Below, in pieces: positions 11,967 to 25,979 of a DNA stretch of 64,000 nucleotides (position 1 is its first letter; each line of letters begins with the position of its first letter). Location: the NCBI RefSeq assembly GCF_009914755.1, contig NC_060947.1; one strand, given 5' to 3'. Source of the stretch: the human T2T-CHM13v2.0 reference genome, Homo sapiens. The notes under the pieces were generated by a model that was not told the DNA's origin, searched no databases, and saw nothing but the letters and a program-made list of their open reading frames with translations. A program made the position numbers and the translations under genes.

Positions 11967-14900
11967 AAAAGTCACTTTAACTGGGGTGAGATAATATCTC
12001 ATTGTAGTTATGATTTGCATTGAGCACCCTTACATATGCCTGTTTGCCATTTGTATGCCTTCTTTTGAGAAAAATCTACTCAGGTGTTTGGCTCATTTTA
12101 TTAGACTATAGAGATGTTTGAGCTCCTTATATATTCTGCTTATTAATCTCGTCAGATGCATACTTTGCAAATATTTTCTCCCATTCTGTGAGTTGACTCT
12201 TCACTTTGTTGATTGATTTCTTTGCTGTGCAGCAGCTTACTAAATTGATGTGATCCCATTTGTCCATTGTTGCTTCGGTTGCCTGTGCTTAGGGTATTGC
12301 TCAAAAATTTTTTCCCAGACCAACATCCTGGAGAGTTTCCCCAATGTTCTGTTTTAAAGTTTCATAGTTAGAGGAATTAGATTGAAGTCTTTAATCCATT
12401 TCAATTTGGTTTTTGTATAAGTTGAGACATAGGGGTCTAGTTTCATTCTCCTGCATATGGATATCCAGTTTTCCCAGTACTATTTATTGAAGAGACTGTC
12501 CTTTCCCCAGTGTATTTTCTTGGCACCTGATATGGTTTGGCTCTGTCCCCACCCAAATCTCATCTGGAATTCCCACATGTTGTCAGAGGGACCCAGTGAG
12601 AGGTAATTGAATCATGGGAACAGGTCTTTCCCATGCTGTTCTCATGATAGTGAATAAGTCTCATGAGATCTGATGGTTTTAAAAATGGGAGTTTCCCTGC
12701 ACAAGCTCTCTCTCTTTTTGCCAGCTGCCATCCATGTAAGATGTTACCTGGACTCCTTGCCTTCTGTCATGATTGTGAGGCCTCCACAGCCATGTGGAAC
12801 TGTAGGTCCATTAAACCCCTTTCTTTTGTTAATTGCTCAGTCTCAGGTATGTCTTTATCTGCAGCATGAATACAGACTAATACAGCACTTTTCTTAATAA
12901 TGAGTTTACTGTATATGTGTGGATTTATTTTTGGGTTTTCTATTGTGTTCCATTGGTCTATGTGTCTGTTTTTATGTGAGGACCATGCTATTTTGTTTAC
13001 TATAGCTTCATAGTATAATTTGAAGTCAGGTAATGTGATTCCTCCAGTTTTGTTCTTTTTGCTTAGGATAGCTTTGGCTATTCTGAATCTTTTGTGGTTC
13101 TGTATACATTTTAAGATTGTGTTTTCTATTTCTGTAAAGAATGTCATTGGTGTTTTGATAGGGATTGCATTGAATCTGTAGATTGCTTTGAGTAGTAAGA
13201 ACATTTTTACAGTATTAAGTCTTCAGTCCATAAACATAAAATATGTTTTTGTTCCTTGTGTCCTCTTCAATTTCTTGAATCAATGTTTTATAGTTTTCAT
13301 TATAGAGACCTTTCACTTCTTTGGTTAAGTTAATTCCTATATATTTTATTTTATTTGCAGCTACTGTGAATTGGATTACTCTTTTGATCCCTTTTAAGAC
13401 TTTCGTATGTTAATTTTGTATCCTGCCACTTGACTGAATTTGCTTATCAGTTTGAATAGATTTTGGTGGAATCTTTAGGTTTTTCCAAATATAAGATCAC
13501 AGCATCTGCAAACAAGGATAATTTGACTTCTCCTCAATTTGGATGCTCTTTGCATCTTTCTCTTGTCTGATGGCTCTGGCTAGGATGTCCAGTACTAGGT
13601 TGAATAACAGTGGTGAAAGTGGGCATCCTTGTCTTGTTCCAGGTCTTAGATGAAAGGCTTTCTGTTTTTCCCCATTCAGTTGTGATACTAACTATGGGTC
13701 TGTTGTATACAGCTTTTATTGTGTTTAGATACATTCCTTCTGTACCCAGTTTTTTGAGAGTTTTTGTCGTGAAAGGATGTTGAATTTTATCAATGCTTTT
13801 TTTGTATCAAATGAAATGATTATTATGGTTTTTGCCCTTCCTTCTGTTGGTATAATGTATCACATCAATTGATTTGTGTATGTTGTACCGTCCTTGCATC
13901 CCTGGGATAAATCCCACTTGGTCATGATGAATGATCTTTTTAATTTGTTGTTCAATTGATTTGCCAGTATTTCGTTGAAGATTTTTTGCATTAATGTTCA
14001 TCAGGTTTATTGGTCTGTAATTGTCTTTTGTTGATGTGCCTTTTTTATGGTTTTTGTATCAGGGTAATACTGGCCTCATAGAATGAGTTTCGAAGTATTT
14101 TCTACTCCTCTATTTTTCAGAATAGTTTGAATAGGATTGGTATTAATTCTCCTTTAAAGTTTGGTAAAATTTGGTAGTTAAATCACTAAGTCCTGTGCTT
14201 TTCTTTGCTTGGAGATTTTTCATTATGACTTTGGTCATGTTACTTGCTATTACTCTGGTCAGGTTTTGGATTTCTTCATGGTTCAATCTTGGTAGGTTAT
14301 TTGTGTTTAGGAATTTATCCATTTCTTCTGGGTTTTCCAATGTATTTGCATGTAACTGCTCATAGTTGCCTCTAATAATCCTTTGAATTTCTGTGGTATC
14401 AGTTATAACATCTCTTTTTTTTCTGATTGTATTTATTTGGGTCTTTTCTCTTTTGTTTGGTAGTTTTTCTGGCTAAAGCTTTGTAGATTTTATCTTTTCA
14501 AAAAACTTCGTTTCATTGATCTTTTGTATTGTTTTCTTCATTACAATTTCATTTGTTTCATTTTAAAACTTTCATTTCTTTCTACTCTCACCTTTATTGT
14601 TACTTTTCTTTTACTAATTTTGCGGGGTTTTTGCTCTTGCTTTTCTCATTCTTAAATATGCATTGTTAGGTTGTTTATTTGAATTTTTTCCACTTTTTTG
14701 ATGTAGACACTTATAGCTATATACTTTCCTCTTACTGCTGTTTCTGTTGTATCCCGTAGGTTTTGGTACATTTTGTTTCTGTTACCATTTGTTTCAAGAC
14801 ATTTTTGAATTGCTCTCTTAATTTCTTCTTTGGCCCACTGGTCATTCAAGAGCATATTGCTTAATTTCCATGTGCTCGAATAGTTTTCAAATCTTCCCTT

Positions 14901-14986
14901 GTTACTGATTTCTAATTTTATCTATTGTTGAGAATGAGACATGTGCCGAGGAGAAAAAATGTGTATTCTGCAACCCTTGGATGAAA
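11967..14986 (-). mobile_element. L1MA host element, part 2 (ORF2, 5'-truncated)
   Basis: Resumes with ttaactggggtgagataatatctcattg; antisense ORF2 peptides [34 protein letters not shown]. Confidence 0.9.
12528..12884 (+). mobile_element. THE1A/B-like MaLR solo LTR
   Basis: tgatatggtttggctctgtccccacccaaatctc...cagactaataca; TSD gcacc (12523-12527) / gcact (12885-12889). Confidence 0.93.
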
Positions 14987-14989
14987 AGT

Positions 14990-16016
14990 ACAAATTCTAG
15001 TAATCCAATAAAAAATGAGCAAATCTGAATAGGCATTTCTCAAAGGAAGGCATAAAAGTGGCAAACAGGTATATGTAAAGGTGCTCAACATCATTGATTA
15101 TCAGAGAATTGCAAATCAAAACTACAATGAGATATCACCTCACCCCAGCTAAAATAGCTTTTATTTAAAAGACAGGTAATAACAAATGCTGATAAGGATG
15201 TGGAGAAAAGGGAACCCTCATACACAGTTGGTAGGAATGTAAATTAAAATAGCCACTGTAAAGAAGAGTATGGAGGTTCCCTAAATAACTAAAATAGAAC
15301 TACCATTTAATTCAGCAATCCCACTGCTAAGTATATAACCAAAAGCAAGGAAACCAGTATATCAAAGAGTTATCTGCACTCCCATGTTTATTGCAGCATT
15401 ATTCGCAGTAGTCAAGATTTGGAAGCAATCTACATGTCCATCAACAAATTAATGGTTAAAGAAAGTGTGGTTCATATACACTATGCAGCACTATTCAGCC
15501 ATAAAAAGGAATGGTATTCTGTCATTTGCAACAAAATAGGTGGAACTTGAGGCCATTATGTTAAGTAAAATAAGACAGGCACAGAAAAACAAACTTCTCA
15601 TATCCTCACTCATTTGTAGGAATTAAAAATTAAAGCAGTTGAATTCATGGAGGTAGAGAGTAGAATGATGGTTACCAGAGGCTGGGAAAGGTAATGGAGG
15701 GGGTGTGAATGGGAAGTGGAGATGGTTAATGGGCACAAAAATATAGTCAGATAGGATGAATACAACCTGGTATTTGATAGCATATCAGGGTGGCTACAGT
15801 CAACAATAATTTATTGTGCATTTCAAAATAACTAAAAGAGTATAATTGGATTGTTTGTAACACAAAGAAATTATAAATCTAGAAGTAATAGATATTCCAC
15901 TTACCCTGATGTGATTATTATGCATTATATCCTTGTATCAAAATAACTCATGTACCCCATAAATATATTCAGCTACTATGAAAACCCATAAAAATAAAAA
16001 AGAGAAAAGAGAAAAA
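14990..16016 (+). mobile_element. L1MA (L1MA2/3-like) 3' ~1 kb
   Basis: caaatcaaaactacaatgagatatcacctcacccca; 3'UTR ttaccctgatgtgattatt; A-rich tail. Confidence 0.9.
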
Positions 16017-16259
16017 GGGTGAGTTCTGATAATAAGAAATACCTTCTGAATGCACCAATATGTTATATTCTTTCTTCCCAGGTTTTCTGGACTAAAAGTT
16101 TGGGTTTAGTGCCTTTTATTATCTTATGTATTAAGTATTACTTACCTAACTAGATGAAAACTTTTTGTGGGTAGCACTGTTGTGTCTGTATCAGTCATAG
16201 CCTTAAAGCAATACGTAGTACAAATTTACACCCAATGAATATTAATTGTACTTTAAACA

Positions 16260-17400
16260 GCCAAATTAATCTTCTTTCTCCCAAATCCAGTGTCCTACCG
16301 CTCCCCACCTGTGAACCTGGCAATACAGTCAGTACCACTACATTATCCTATTCACTCAGTCTTAAAATTTTGGAGGTCCACTGAATTTTCTCTTTCACTT
16401 ACTTTCAATATCTAATCACTGAGCCATTTAGACTCTTTGCAGTGTTTCATTATCCTTTTCAAATTCATAGTAATCATCATATTGAGAGCCCTAGCACTTC
16501 ACTTGTGGACTACTCCAATTGCTTCCTAAATCTTCTTTGTGTGTATAAATCTATACGATACAACGCTCCCACACCAATCTTCCTACAGCAACATTTTACA
16601 TGAGACACTACCTTGCTCAAAAAGCATTCAAGGAATTCCCTTTAACCAGGGGATAAAGTAAAAATTTCCCACTTTAGCATTTATAGTAATCTAGAACATA
16701 GCTCCAACCTATATGCCCTTATCTCCCTGTCTTCTCTAATAATAATAACAAAAAGAGCATTTATTTAGTGCTTATAGTGGGTCAGACACACACACACACA
16801 CACACATATACATATATATACATATACATATACATACACATACACATCCATATTTCCCTCAACCATACATACAATTCCCCTCAACAATCCTATGTGTTAT
16901 GAGATAGTTACCGATATTATCCCATTTTACTGGTAAGGAAGCTCAAGATGACACTGTGAGAAAGTGATAGAATGTTTCACTCTTACTAGATGTTTCTATT
17001 CCCAGTCCCCTGAACATAACTCATGCATTCCTATCTTAGCAACTTTGCTCATTCCACATCTTCCACCCAAAATGACCACCCCTTTACTCTAACAAAACTT
17101 TGTTAGTCTTTTAGAATCAAGGTCAAGCTTTCTATGACCATTCCAGCACTAACTACTACTTTCTTCTTCATAGTCCTTTTTCATTCACAGTCCCATTGCA
17201 CTTGTTCTTATAATTCATTTGGCACTTACTGTAGACTACCCTATGTTGTTATTCATTTGTGTATCTGTTTTTTATTCTTTCTGTCACCTTAACTAGATTG
17301 GAACCCCTTGAGGGCTAGAACCATGTCATATACTTTGATTTGCCCAGTACCTAGCACAGTGCCTGAGAAGAGTAGATCCTTAGTAAATGTTTATTGGTAA
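16260..17400 (+). mobile_element. L2 LINE remnant, interrupted by a MIR
   Basis: 3' end aactagattggaaccccttgagggc...cccagtacctagcacagtgcctg...agtaaatgtttattg. Confidence 0.7.
16738..16960 (-). mobile_element. MIR containing a (CA)n/(TA)n microsatellite (~16786-16848)
   Basis: agcatttatttagtgctta...cctcaacaatcctatg...attatcccattttac...gtaaggaagct. Confidence 0.7.
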
Positions 17401-17886
17401 TAATCATTAATTTATTCATTGAATATATACTAAACATCACATGCAAACAGGAAATAAATATATAAAGATAAATAGAATATTGTTTCCCCCACCTCAGGAT
17501 CTCACATTTACAAGTTGCAAGGGATGCAATTTGTGCTATACTTATGAGATGTTATGGTAGTACAGAAGAGGAGGTGCTCATCTTTGACTAGAGAGTTATG
17601 AGAAAGTTTCATCTAGTTGTCACATTTGAGTTTAGTCTTGAAACATAAATTCATCAGGTACACAAAAGATTTCCAAAAAGGAGAAATATCATATATGAAG
17701 TTGCTGAGGTGAAAAAAAATCATTGCACATTCTTGAACTGCAAATAGTTGAACATGACTAGAGTGCAGCGTATGTAGAAGTAGATAAGGAGGTGAACCTT
17801 GAAATATGAGGATGACATTATCAAGGGCCTTGTATAATAGACAAAGGAAGTATGGTATTTATTTAGTAGCTAAACACTAAAATTTG

Positions 17887-18021
17887 TTTTTTTTCTCTTT
17901 TTTTATTATTATTATACTTTAAGTTTTAGGGTACATGTGCACAATGTGCAGGTTTGTTACATATGTATACATGTGCCATGCTGGTGTGCTGCACCCATTA
18001 ACTCGTCATTTAGCATTAGGT
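17887..18021 (-). mobile_element. Very short young L1PA (PA3/4-like) 3' terminus
   Basis: poly-T + attatactttaagttttagggtacatgtgcacaatgtgcaggtttgttacatatg...catttagcattagg. Confidence 0.93.
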
Positions 18022-18385
18022 CCATTCAGTTTGGCAATTGGAAGATCCACTCTGACCCTAGCAAAATAAATTTCAGTGAAGTGATAAAACAGAAGTCAAA
18101 TCAAAGGGGGTTGAAGTGTAACTGGATAATAAGAGGCAATGGTGAATTTAAACTACCCTTTCCTCAAAATGGCTATAGGAAAAGTGAGACATTATATGGT
18201 AGATAAAGAGGATAAAGGATTGATGGGGAAACATTTTTGGAAAACCTGAGGTAGGCAATACATGATGGAGACTGGACTCTAAAGAGATGGGAGGATATCA
18301 TGTACAGAGCATATACAAAGAGATTATTTAGAAATGAACAGGAAGAGTGAGCAAGAAGATGGAAAACAGGGAAAATTTGTATGGA

Positions 18386-18850
18386 TATCTTAGTCTGTTT
18401 TGTTTTGATATGACAGAATATCTGAGGCTGGGTAATTATTTTTTAAACAGCAGACTTATTTGGCTCATAATTCTGGCGACTGAAAAATCCAACAGCAGGG
18501 CATTTGCATTTGGTTGGCTTCTGGTGAGGGCTTTCATGATGCATCATAACATGGCAGAAGGTCAAAGGGGAAGCAGGCACATGTGAAGGGGCAAAATACA
18601 AGGGACATCCTTGCTTTATAACAATCCACTTTTGTTGGAAGTAATCAATTTCTCCTGAGAACTAATCCAGTCTCTTGAGAATGAAAACACTACCTCAAGA
18701 ATGGCACCAAGCCACTCATAAGGGTAGAGCTCCCATGACCCAAACATCTGCCATTAGGCCCCACCTCTTAAAGGTTCCACCTCACAACATTGCTGCTCTG
18801 GTGATTAAGGATCTAACATGAGTTTTTGTGGGGACACTCGAACCATAGCA
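18386..18850 (-). mobile_element. MST-family (MSTB-like) MaLR solo LTR
   Basis: tatcttagtctgttttg...ctcccatgacccaaaca...ggccccacctc...aaccatagca; perfect 5-bp TSD atgga (18381-18385, 18851-18855). Confidence 0.9.
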
Positions 18851-19339
18851 ATGGATATGGATAAGTTTATAAGTATGCAGTTATATGTTTAGGAATTCCA
18901 ATTTGATGATTTGTGAAGTAGCAGGTGAGATAGTTTGCTGAGACTGAGGGCATGGGAGTCTCTAGGTGACTTGAAGAGAGAGAAAAAGAGAAGGATTGAT
19001 CTGGTGGAAGTATAGTATATGATGATGGTGGATGATGCAATCTGGGCTGACTGATAAATGAAAGAAAGACAAAGGGGTCTGGTTACTTGATAGAAAAGCA
19101 AGTGGGGGTCAAAGGACTGAGATGTCAATAAGGTGAAATATTAGTGAAGCAGAAGGAAGGCAAAAAGAAAACTGAAAGGATTAGAGGCTATTATAGTCAG
19201 AGAGTGAAATAATAAAGTTTAAAATTTCAGTGGTCAAGCATTCTCAGGCCAAAAATGAGTTCATGGTTTGATCAGCAGATGGGGACATAATGAGGAAAGT
19301 TGGAAAATATGATATCTGGAAATCTAAGTAGATGCAAGA

Positions 19340-20100
19340 CAATTGGCAGCTCTACCTTTAAATTGTATCTCAAATCAGACCATTTATCATCAGTTTTTCT
19401 ACAGCCAGTTGGTCTAAGCCACTATTAGCTTTTACACTAGCCTCCTAATTGATCTCTCAAATTCTACTCATGCCCACTCCCTCCTACCCCAGGCACCTTC
19501 TCACACATTGGCCAGTATGTATATTAGATCAGATCATGTTCCTTCCCTCCTTTGCTCAAAAAGCTTCCCTCTTTGTTGGCTTCCTTAAAGTCCTTATGTA
19601 ATTTGACCTCAACTTTTTGAGCCATTTTACCCAACACTTTTCCTGTCCTCATTGTGCTTCAGCTACACTGGGCTCGCTGGTATTCCAAGAGCACACACCA
19701 AGGGTGCCTTAGGCTTTAGGGCTCTTGGATTTTGGACTTGTTCCCTCTGCCTATAATGTAACCCCACCACCAACACTACAGATCTCTAACTTCATTCAAG
19801 TTGATGTTAAAATTTCATTCATGTCTATGGTAAAATTTCTTCTTTCCTTAACTATCCTACTTAAAAATGTAAGCCTCTGCCCTTCTCTACATCAACTTCG
19901 TGCATTGTTTTTCTTATAATTCTTTCACTAACAGAGATATTTTATATGTGTTTTTTTTTAATTTTCCCTGCTCTACCTTCCACCTGGAATTTAAGCTCCA
20001 TGGGAATAATGCCTTTGTCGGCCTTGTCTTGTGTTTTATCTCATAGCATCTAGAAAAAATTCTGACACAAAGTAGGACTCAAGACAAGTGCTAGAATACT
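19340..20100 (+). mobile_element. L2 remnant with 3' end
   Basis: ggcagctctaccttta...gtctaagccactatt...ctggaatttaagctccatggg...agtaggactcaa. Confidence 0.7.
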
Positions 20101-21678
20101 TGGTGAAGGCTAAGCTCTGCTAAAAGTGCTGGAGCTACAAACACAAATAAGGTATGGTCCCTGCTATAAGCAGCAGAAACTGCCAGACTAAGGATCCAAG
20201 AGGAACATAGAGCCAAGTACACTGCCTAGAGAATGACAGAAAATGAAGTAAACAGTGGAAGCTTAACTGTGTAAGTCTTTCTTTTGCTCCCTTTTCTGGC
20301 CTGACAACATTTTTAAAGTCTGCGATTCTAGTTTCTCAAAGATCACCCTAAACAGATCTTTTAAAACATGTAAAATTCAGGGCCATGGCCTGGACAGTTG
20401 CCTTGCCATTCAATAATAGCAACAGGTAAAGGAAAGACAGATGGGTAATCAGATGATAAGAGTATTTCAAAATATTAGAAAATAATAACAAAAAATGCCT
20501 ATGAGTTTGTACTTTATTTAAATATCATCTTTCCTTAAACAGTTAAAGCTGTAAAAAGTGCTCTTCAAACTTATATAAAATAATCTTTTTACAAGATTTC
20601 TTTAATCCTTCCAGTAGAATGACTTAACCTTTCAAAGGTCTTTGCCCTAAGGAGTATATCTGCATTCTTAGTGTTCTTTTATCTGCATTCATTTCCCAAG
20701 CAAAAGAAACAAACAAAATCCCAAAGAACCCTAGAGTTAATTGCACATGTTTGCAGTCATCTGCAAGTTTTCTATTTTCATTGACTTTTTTTTCTCTCAG
20801 GTTTTGCTTAAGACTGTTGAGCCTTATTATTTAAGACAGTAATTAAAGACTAAGCCATGGCTACTGAGCTAATAATTGTCAAAGAAATAAATCACTGGTA
20901 CCTAGTGTTATTCCAGAATTTCTCAAGCTTTTAACCTTAATACCAACCACTTACCACCATCTTTCTAAGGAAAAAAAAAGCCCCTGGTGCAGAGATGCTG
21001 TGACATCCTTCCCAACCTCGGTTTCTTAAAATGCATCTGTTACCTTCTGGTATCTGTAGCTAAATCCCAAGATATTTTCATTTCAACACATGAGAGTACT
21101 TTCTGGTGAACTTTACTTTTTATTTTTGTAATTTGTGCTAGTGATATCTTTGGGTAAGTTCATAATTGTCTAAACTGTGACATGAGTGAGGAAGAATGGA
21201 GGCCAAGTTACTGGAGTAAATTTTCTTCCCCTAGGAAACTAGTTAGTTAAGTTTCAACTGAAGCCACTCTTAAGCACAACTGTGGAACAGCACTTAAAGT
21301 AAAGCATGCGCAGTAAAGGCAGAATGACAAAACAAAACAAAAATAACAAATGTACTGCTCACTTATTTCCTTGTTGTGACCTTAAAAACATGACAGTGTG
21401 AATACTTAAGTTAAATCTACACTGTATAACCCTAGTTTTAAGGTATTTATCAAAAGGAAAAAGAATCATGTCTCTTCATTAGTCCTAGTTTCCCAGCTTC
21501 TTCAGGAAACGCTGTATAAGCCCCACATTATCTTCAACTAAATCTTCATTTTCTTACCCTCCTTGGGTATTTTGTCAGTATGTTAATTTATATTAATTTA
21601 TAGTCACTGTAAAAACCTCTAAATTTGTAAATATTGCTGTTTGTTCTGCAGATATATGTTGTGTAAATTCCATTATAG

Positions 21679-22061
<383 letters not shown>

Positions 22062-22154
22062 TAACAATAATAAAAATATAAAAATATATTTTAGTACATA
22101 CTTCATGGTTCTTAATCTAGTGTTTATCACAAAGTGGTTGCTTAATACATATTC

Positions 22155-22905
22155 TGACCTCACTTCCTGTGTCCTAGACTCATATATGCAACTGTCAACT
22201 TGAAAGTTCTGCTTGGACAGAGCTTATGCCTAATTATGTGCAAAATAGAACTCTTGATCCTTCCTGTCCCAAACAGACTCCTCCCCCATTTCTTCTCATT
22301 TCAATATATGTCACTACCGTTCACTAAATTGATAGGGCCAAAAGCCAAGGAGACGTTTTTGACCCTTCTCTTTCGACAACACCTGTCAGTTTTACCTTCA
22401 AAGTTTATCTGAAATCAAAACACTTTCTCATATTCTCCATTACTATATCCAAGTAGTCCAAGCCACTATCAATTCTTGTCTAGACTTGTCTTGATACTTT
22501 CAGTATCACCAAACTGGCACCATACTTGTAGTTTTGACCCCCTACATTTTATCCCCCACACAGCAACTACATTGATCTTTGAAAAACACACACCGTATCA
22601 TGCCACTCTCCTTCAAATACTCCAATGGATTCTCATTGCCCTGAGAACAAAATCTAAACTCATTTACTATGGTTTCTAAGACTTTACATTATTCAGGCTC
22701 TGTATTCCCCCCTCCACTCATTCTTCTCTAGCCATAGTGGCATTCTTACTATTCCAAGAACATAAAAACTCTGACTCACTTCTTTATACTCACTTTCCTT
22801 TATGTAGTGATGCTGTCTCCTCAGACTTTTGCCTGCATTGCTCTCTTTCTTCTTTCAGACTTCTGCTCAATTATTACCTCTTAAGAGAGGCCTTCCCTGA
22901 CCACT
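22155..22905 (+). mobile_element. L2 remnant; 3' end resumes at ~24060-24305
   Basis: ctagactcatatatgcaactg...agtccaagccactatc...gagaggccttccctgaccac; later agaatgtgaactccatgtaggcag...attcaataaatatgt. Confidence 0.75.
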
Positions 22906-23960
<1,055 letters not shown>

Positions 23961-24534
23961 ACCTCTCTCTCTCTCCCTCCCTGTCTGTCTCTCTATTTTT
24001 CTGGAAAGCAGCCAATGATTATTTACTGGATGCATTATGGGGTTACCATGATGGCTACCTAATCTTAAATAGAAGCTTCACAGCATTCTCCATCACTCAC
24101 AATTCCCTTAGCCTTTATTTTATTCATAGCAGTTCTAATTATCTGATAGAATATTATATCTATTTGTCTACTTGCTTATTATTAACTTCTGCCACAAGAA
24201 TGTGAACTCCATGTAGGCAGAGGAGTTATTTTTGTTCTTTGTATCCAGCACCTAAAACAGCTTCTAGTGCATAATAAGTATTCAATAAATATGTACTGAA
24301 TCGATTTGGATAAATATTATTTATTGAAAAGGGAAAAAAAATGTATATGTCCAACATAGTAATAAGAGTCCTAGGAATGAAAACACTACATGAAAAATAT
24401 GATTTTCAAGACCTCAAGAATCAAAATTGAGACATTAGCAGGAATGTTCCTTCACATACTTATTAATAAGACAATGCCAAGATGAAAGACCTACAGAGAT
24501 GTACACACACAAATACTGCCCTAATTATTTTAAA

Positions 24535-25240
24535 AATCATTTTAAAATAAATTTACCATTTTATTTTTATTTGTACAAATAGCACATGCCCATTATAGAA
24601 AAGTTGAAAAATGCAAGTAAGAAAACATTTGTCACATTCTAACAGATCGCTTTTGCTCTCTCTTTTTCTGTTTGAATAGCATATTTTCTTAAAAGATGGA
24701 ATTGTAGCATATATACTGTTGTGTAGGTTGCTTTTTTAAAATAATACAACATATTTTTAGCAATCTTATATCAAAATATGATATATCCTTCTACAATATT
24801 AATTTTAAGGAAGCACCTTAATTTATTTAACCAGTACCCTATTTTTGAACATTTATGTTGTATTCCCATTTTCTTTTTTTAATGAAATTTTTATTTTTTA
24901 TTTTTTTAATTATACTTTAAGTTTTAGGGTATATGTGCACAATGTGCAGTTTAGTTATATATGTATACACGTGCCATGTTGGTGTGCTGCACCCACTAAC
25001 TCGTCATTTAACATTAAGTATATCTCCTAATGCTATCCCTCCCCACTCCCCCAACCCCGCGACAGGCCCCGGTGTGTGATGTCCCCCTTCCTGTGTCCAA
25101 GTGTTCTCATTGTTAAATTCCCACATATGAGTGAGAACATGCGGTGTTTGGTTTTTTGTCCTTGCCCATTTTCATTATTATAAGTCATCTTCTGATTAAT
25201 ATTTTCAGTTAAATCTTTGTGTATATTCTTTAATTTATAA
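24535..25240 (-). mobile_element. Old L1ME-type 3' fragment; appears to continue at ~32311-32720
   Basis: tacaaatagcacatgcccattatagaaaagttgaaaaatgca; tttatttaaccagtaccctatt; later aattcctagaa...aaggattttgatatatatt. Confidence 0.55.
24874..25164 (-). mobile_element. L1PA3/4-like 3' end (~290 bp)
   Basis: attatactttaagttttagggt...cctaatgctatccctcccc; TSD cccattttc (24865-24873, 25165-25173). Confidence 0.95.
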
Positions 25241-25254
25241 ATGAACTTGAAAAA

Positions 25255-25762
25255 GAAAACAACTTCATTGAGATGTATTTTATATCACAATTTGCCTTTT
25301 TGACACATACAATTCAGTAGTTTTGCTATATTACTTATTGATTTTTTAAATTGTTGTAAAATATACCATAAAATTTGCTGTTTTAACCATTTTAAAGAGT
25401 ATGATTTAGTTACATTAATTACATTCACAATGTTGTATAGCCATCAGTACTATCTATTTTCAACATTTTATAACCCCAAACAGAAACTCAGTAACCTTTA
25501 AGCAATAATTTCCCATCACACTCTTCCCTCAGCCCTTGGTAATCTCTAATCTACTTTCTGCCTCTATGAATTTCTGTATTTTATAAATTTCATATAAGTG
25601 AAGTCATACAATATTTGTCCTTTTGTGATTGGCTTTTTAATTTGGCATATTGTTTTCAAGGTTCGCCCATTTATAGCTAGCATGTGCCAGAACTTCATTA
25701 CTTTTATGGCTGAGTAATATTCCTTTGCATATACGTACCACATTTTGTTTATTCAGTCATCT
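25255..25762 (-). mobile_element. L1MB-type 3' end
   Basis: aaaatataccataaaatttgctgttttaaccattttaaag...acattcacaatgttgtatagccatca...ccctcagcccttggtaa. Confidence 0.8.
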
Positions 25763-25979
25763 CTTTTTAACTTTTAAGTTCAGGGGTACAAGTGCAGGTT
25801 TGCCACATAGGTAAACTTGTGTCATGGTGGTTTGTTGTACAGATTGTGTCATCACCCAGGTATTAAGCCTAGTATCCATTAGTTGTTTTTCCTGATCCAC
25901 TCCCTCCTCCAACCTTCCACCCTCCAAAAGACCCCAGTGTGTGTTGTTCCCCTCTATGTGTCCATGTGTTCTCATCGTT

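Larger units (their letters stand above)
17405..19330 (-). mobile_element. L2 LINE remnant, interrupted by an L1PA piece and an MST LTR
   Basis: Starts tttattcattgaatat; purine-rich L2-like sequence such as ccattcagtttggcaattggaagatc..tgacccta. Confidence 0.55.

Noticed and set aside
12767-13204. 145-aa ORF, the longest in the window
   Set aside because: Chance read-through from antisense L1 ORF2 into the THE1 LTR
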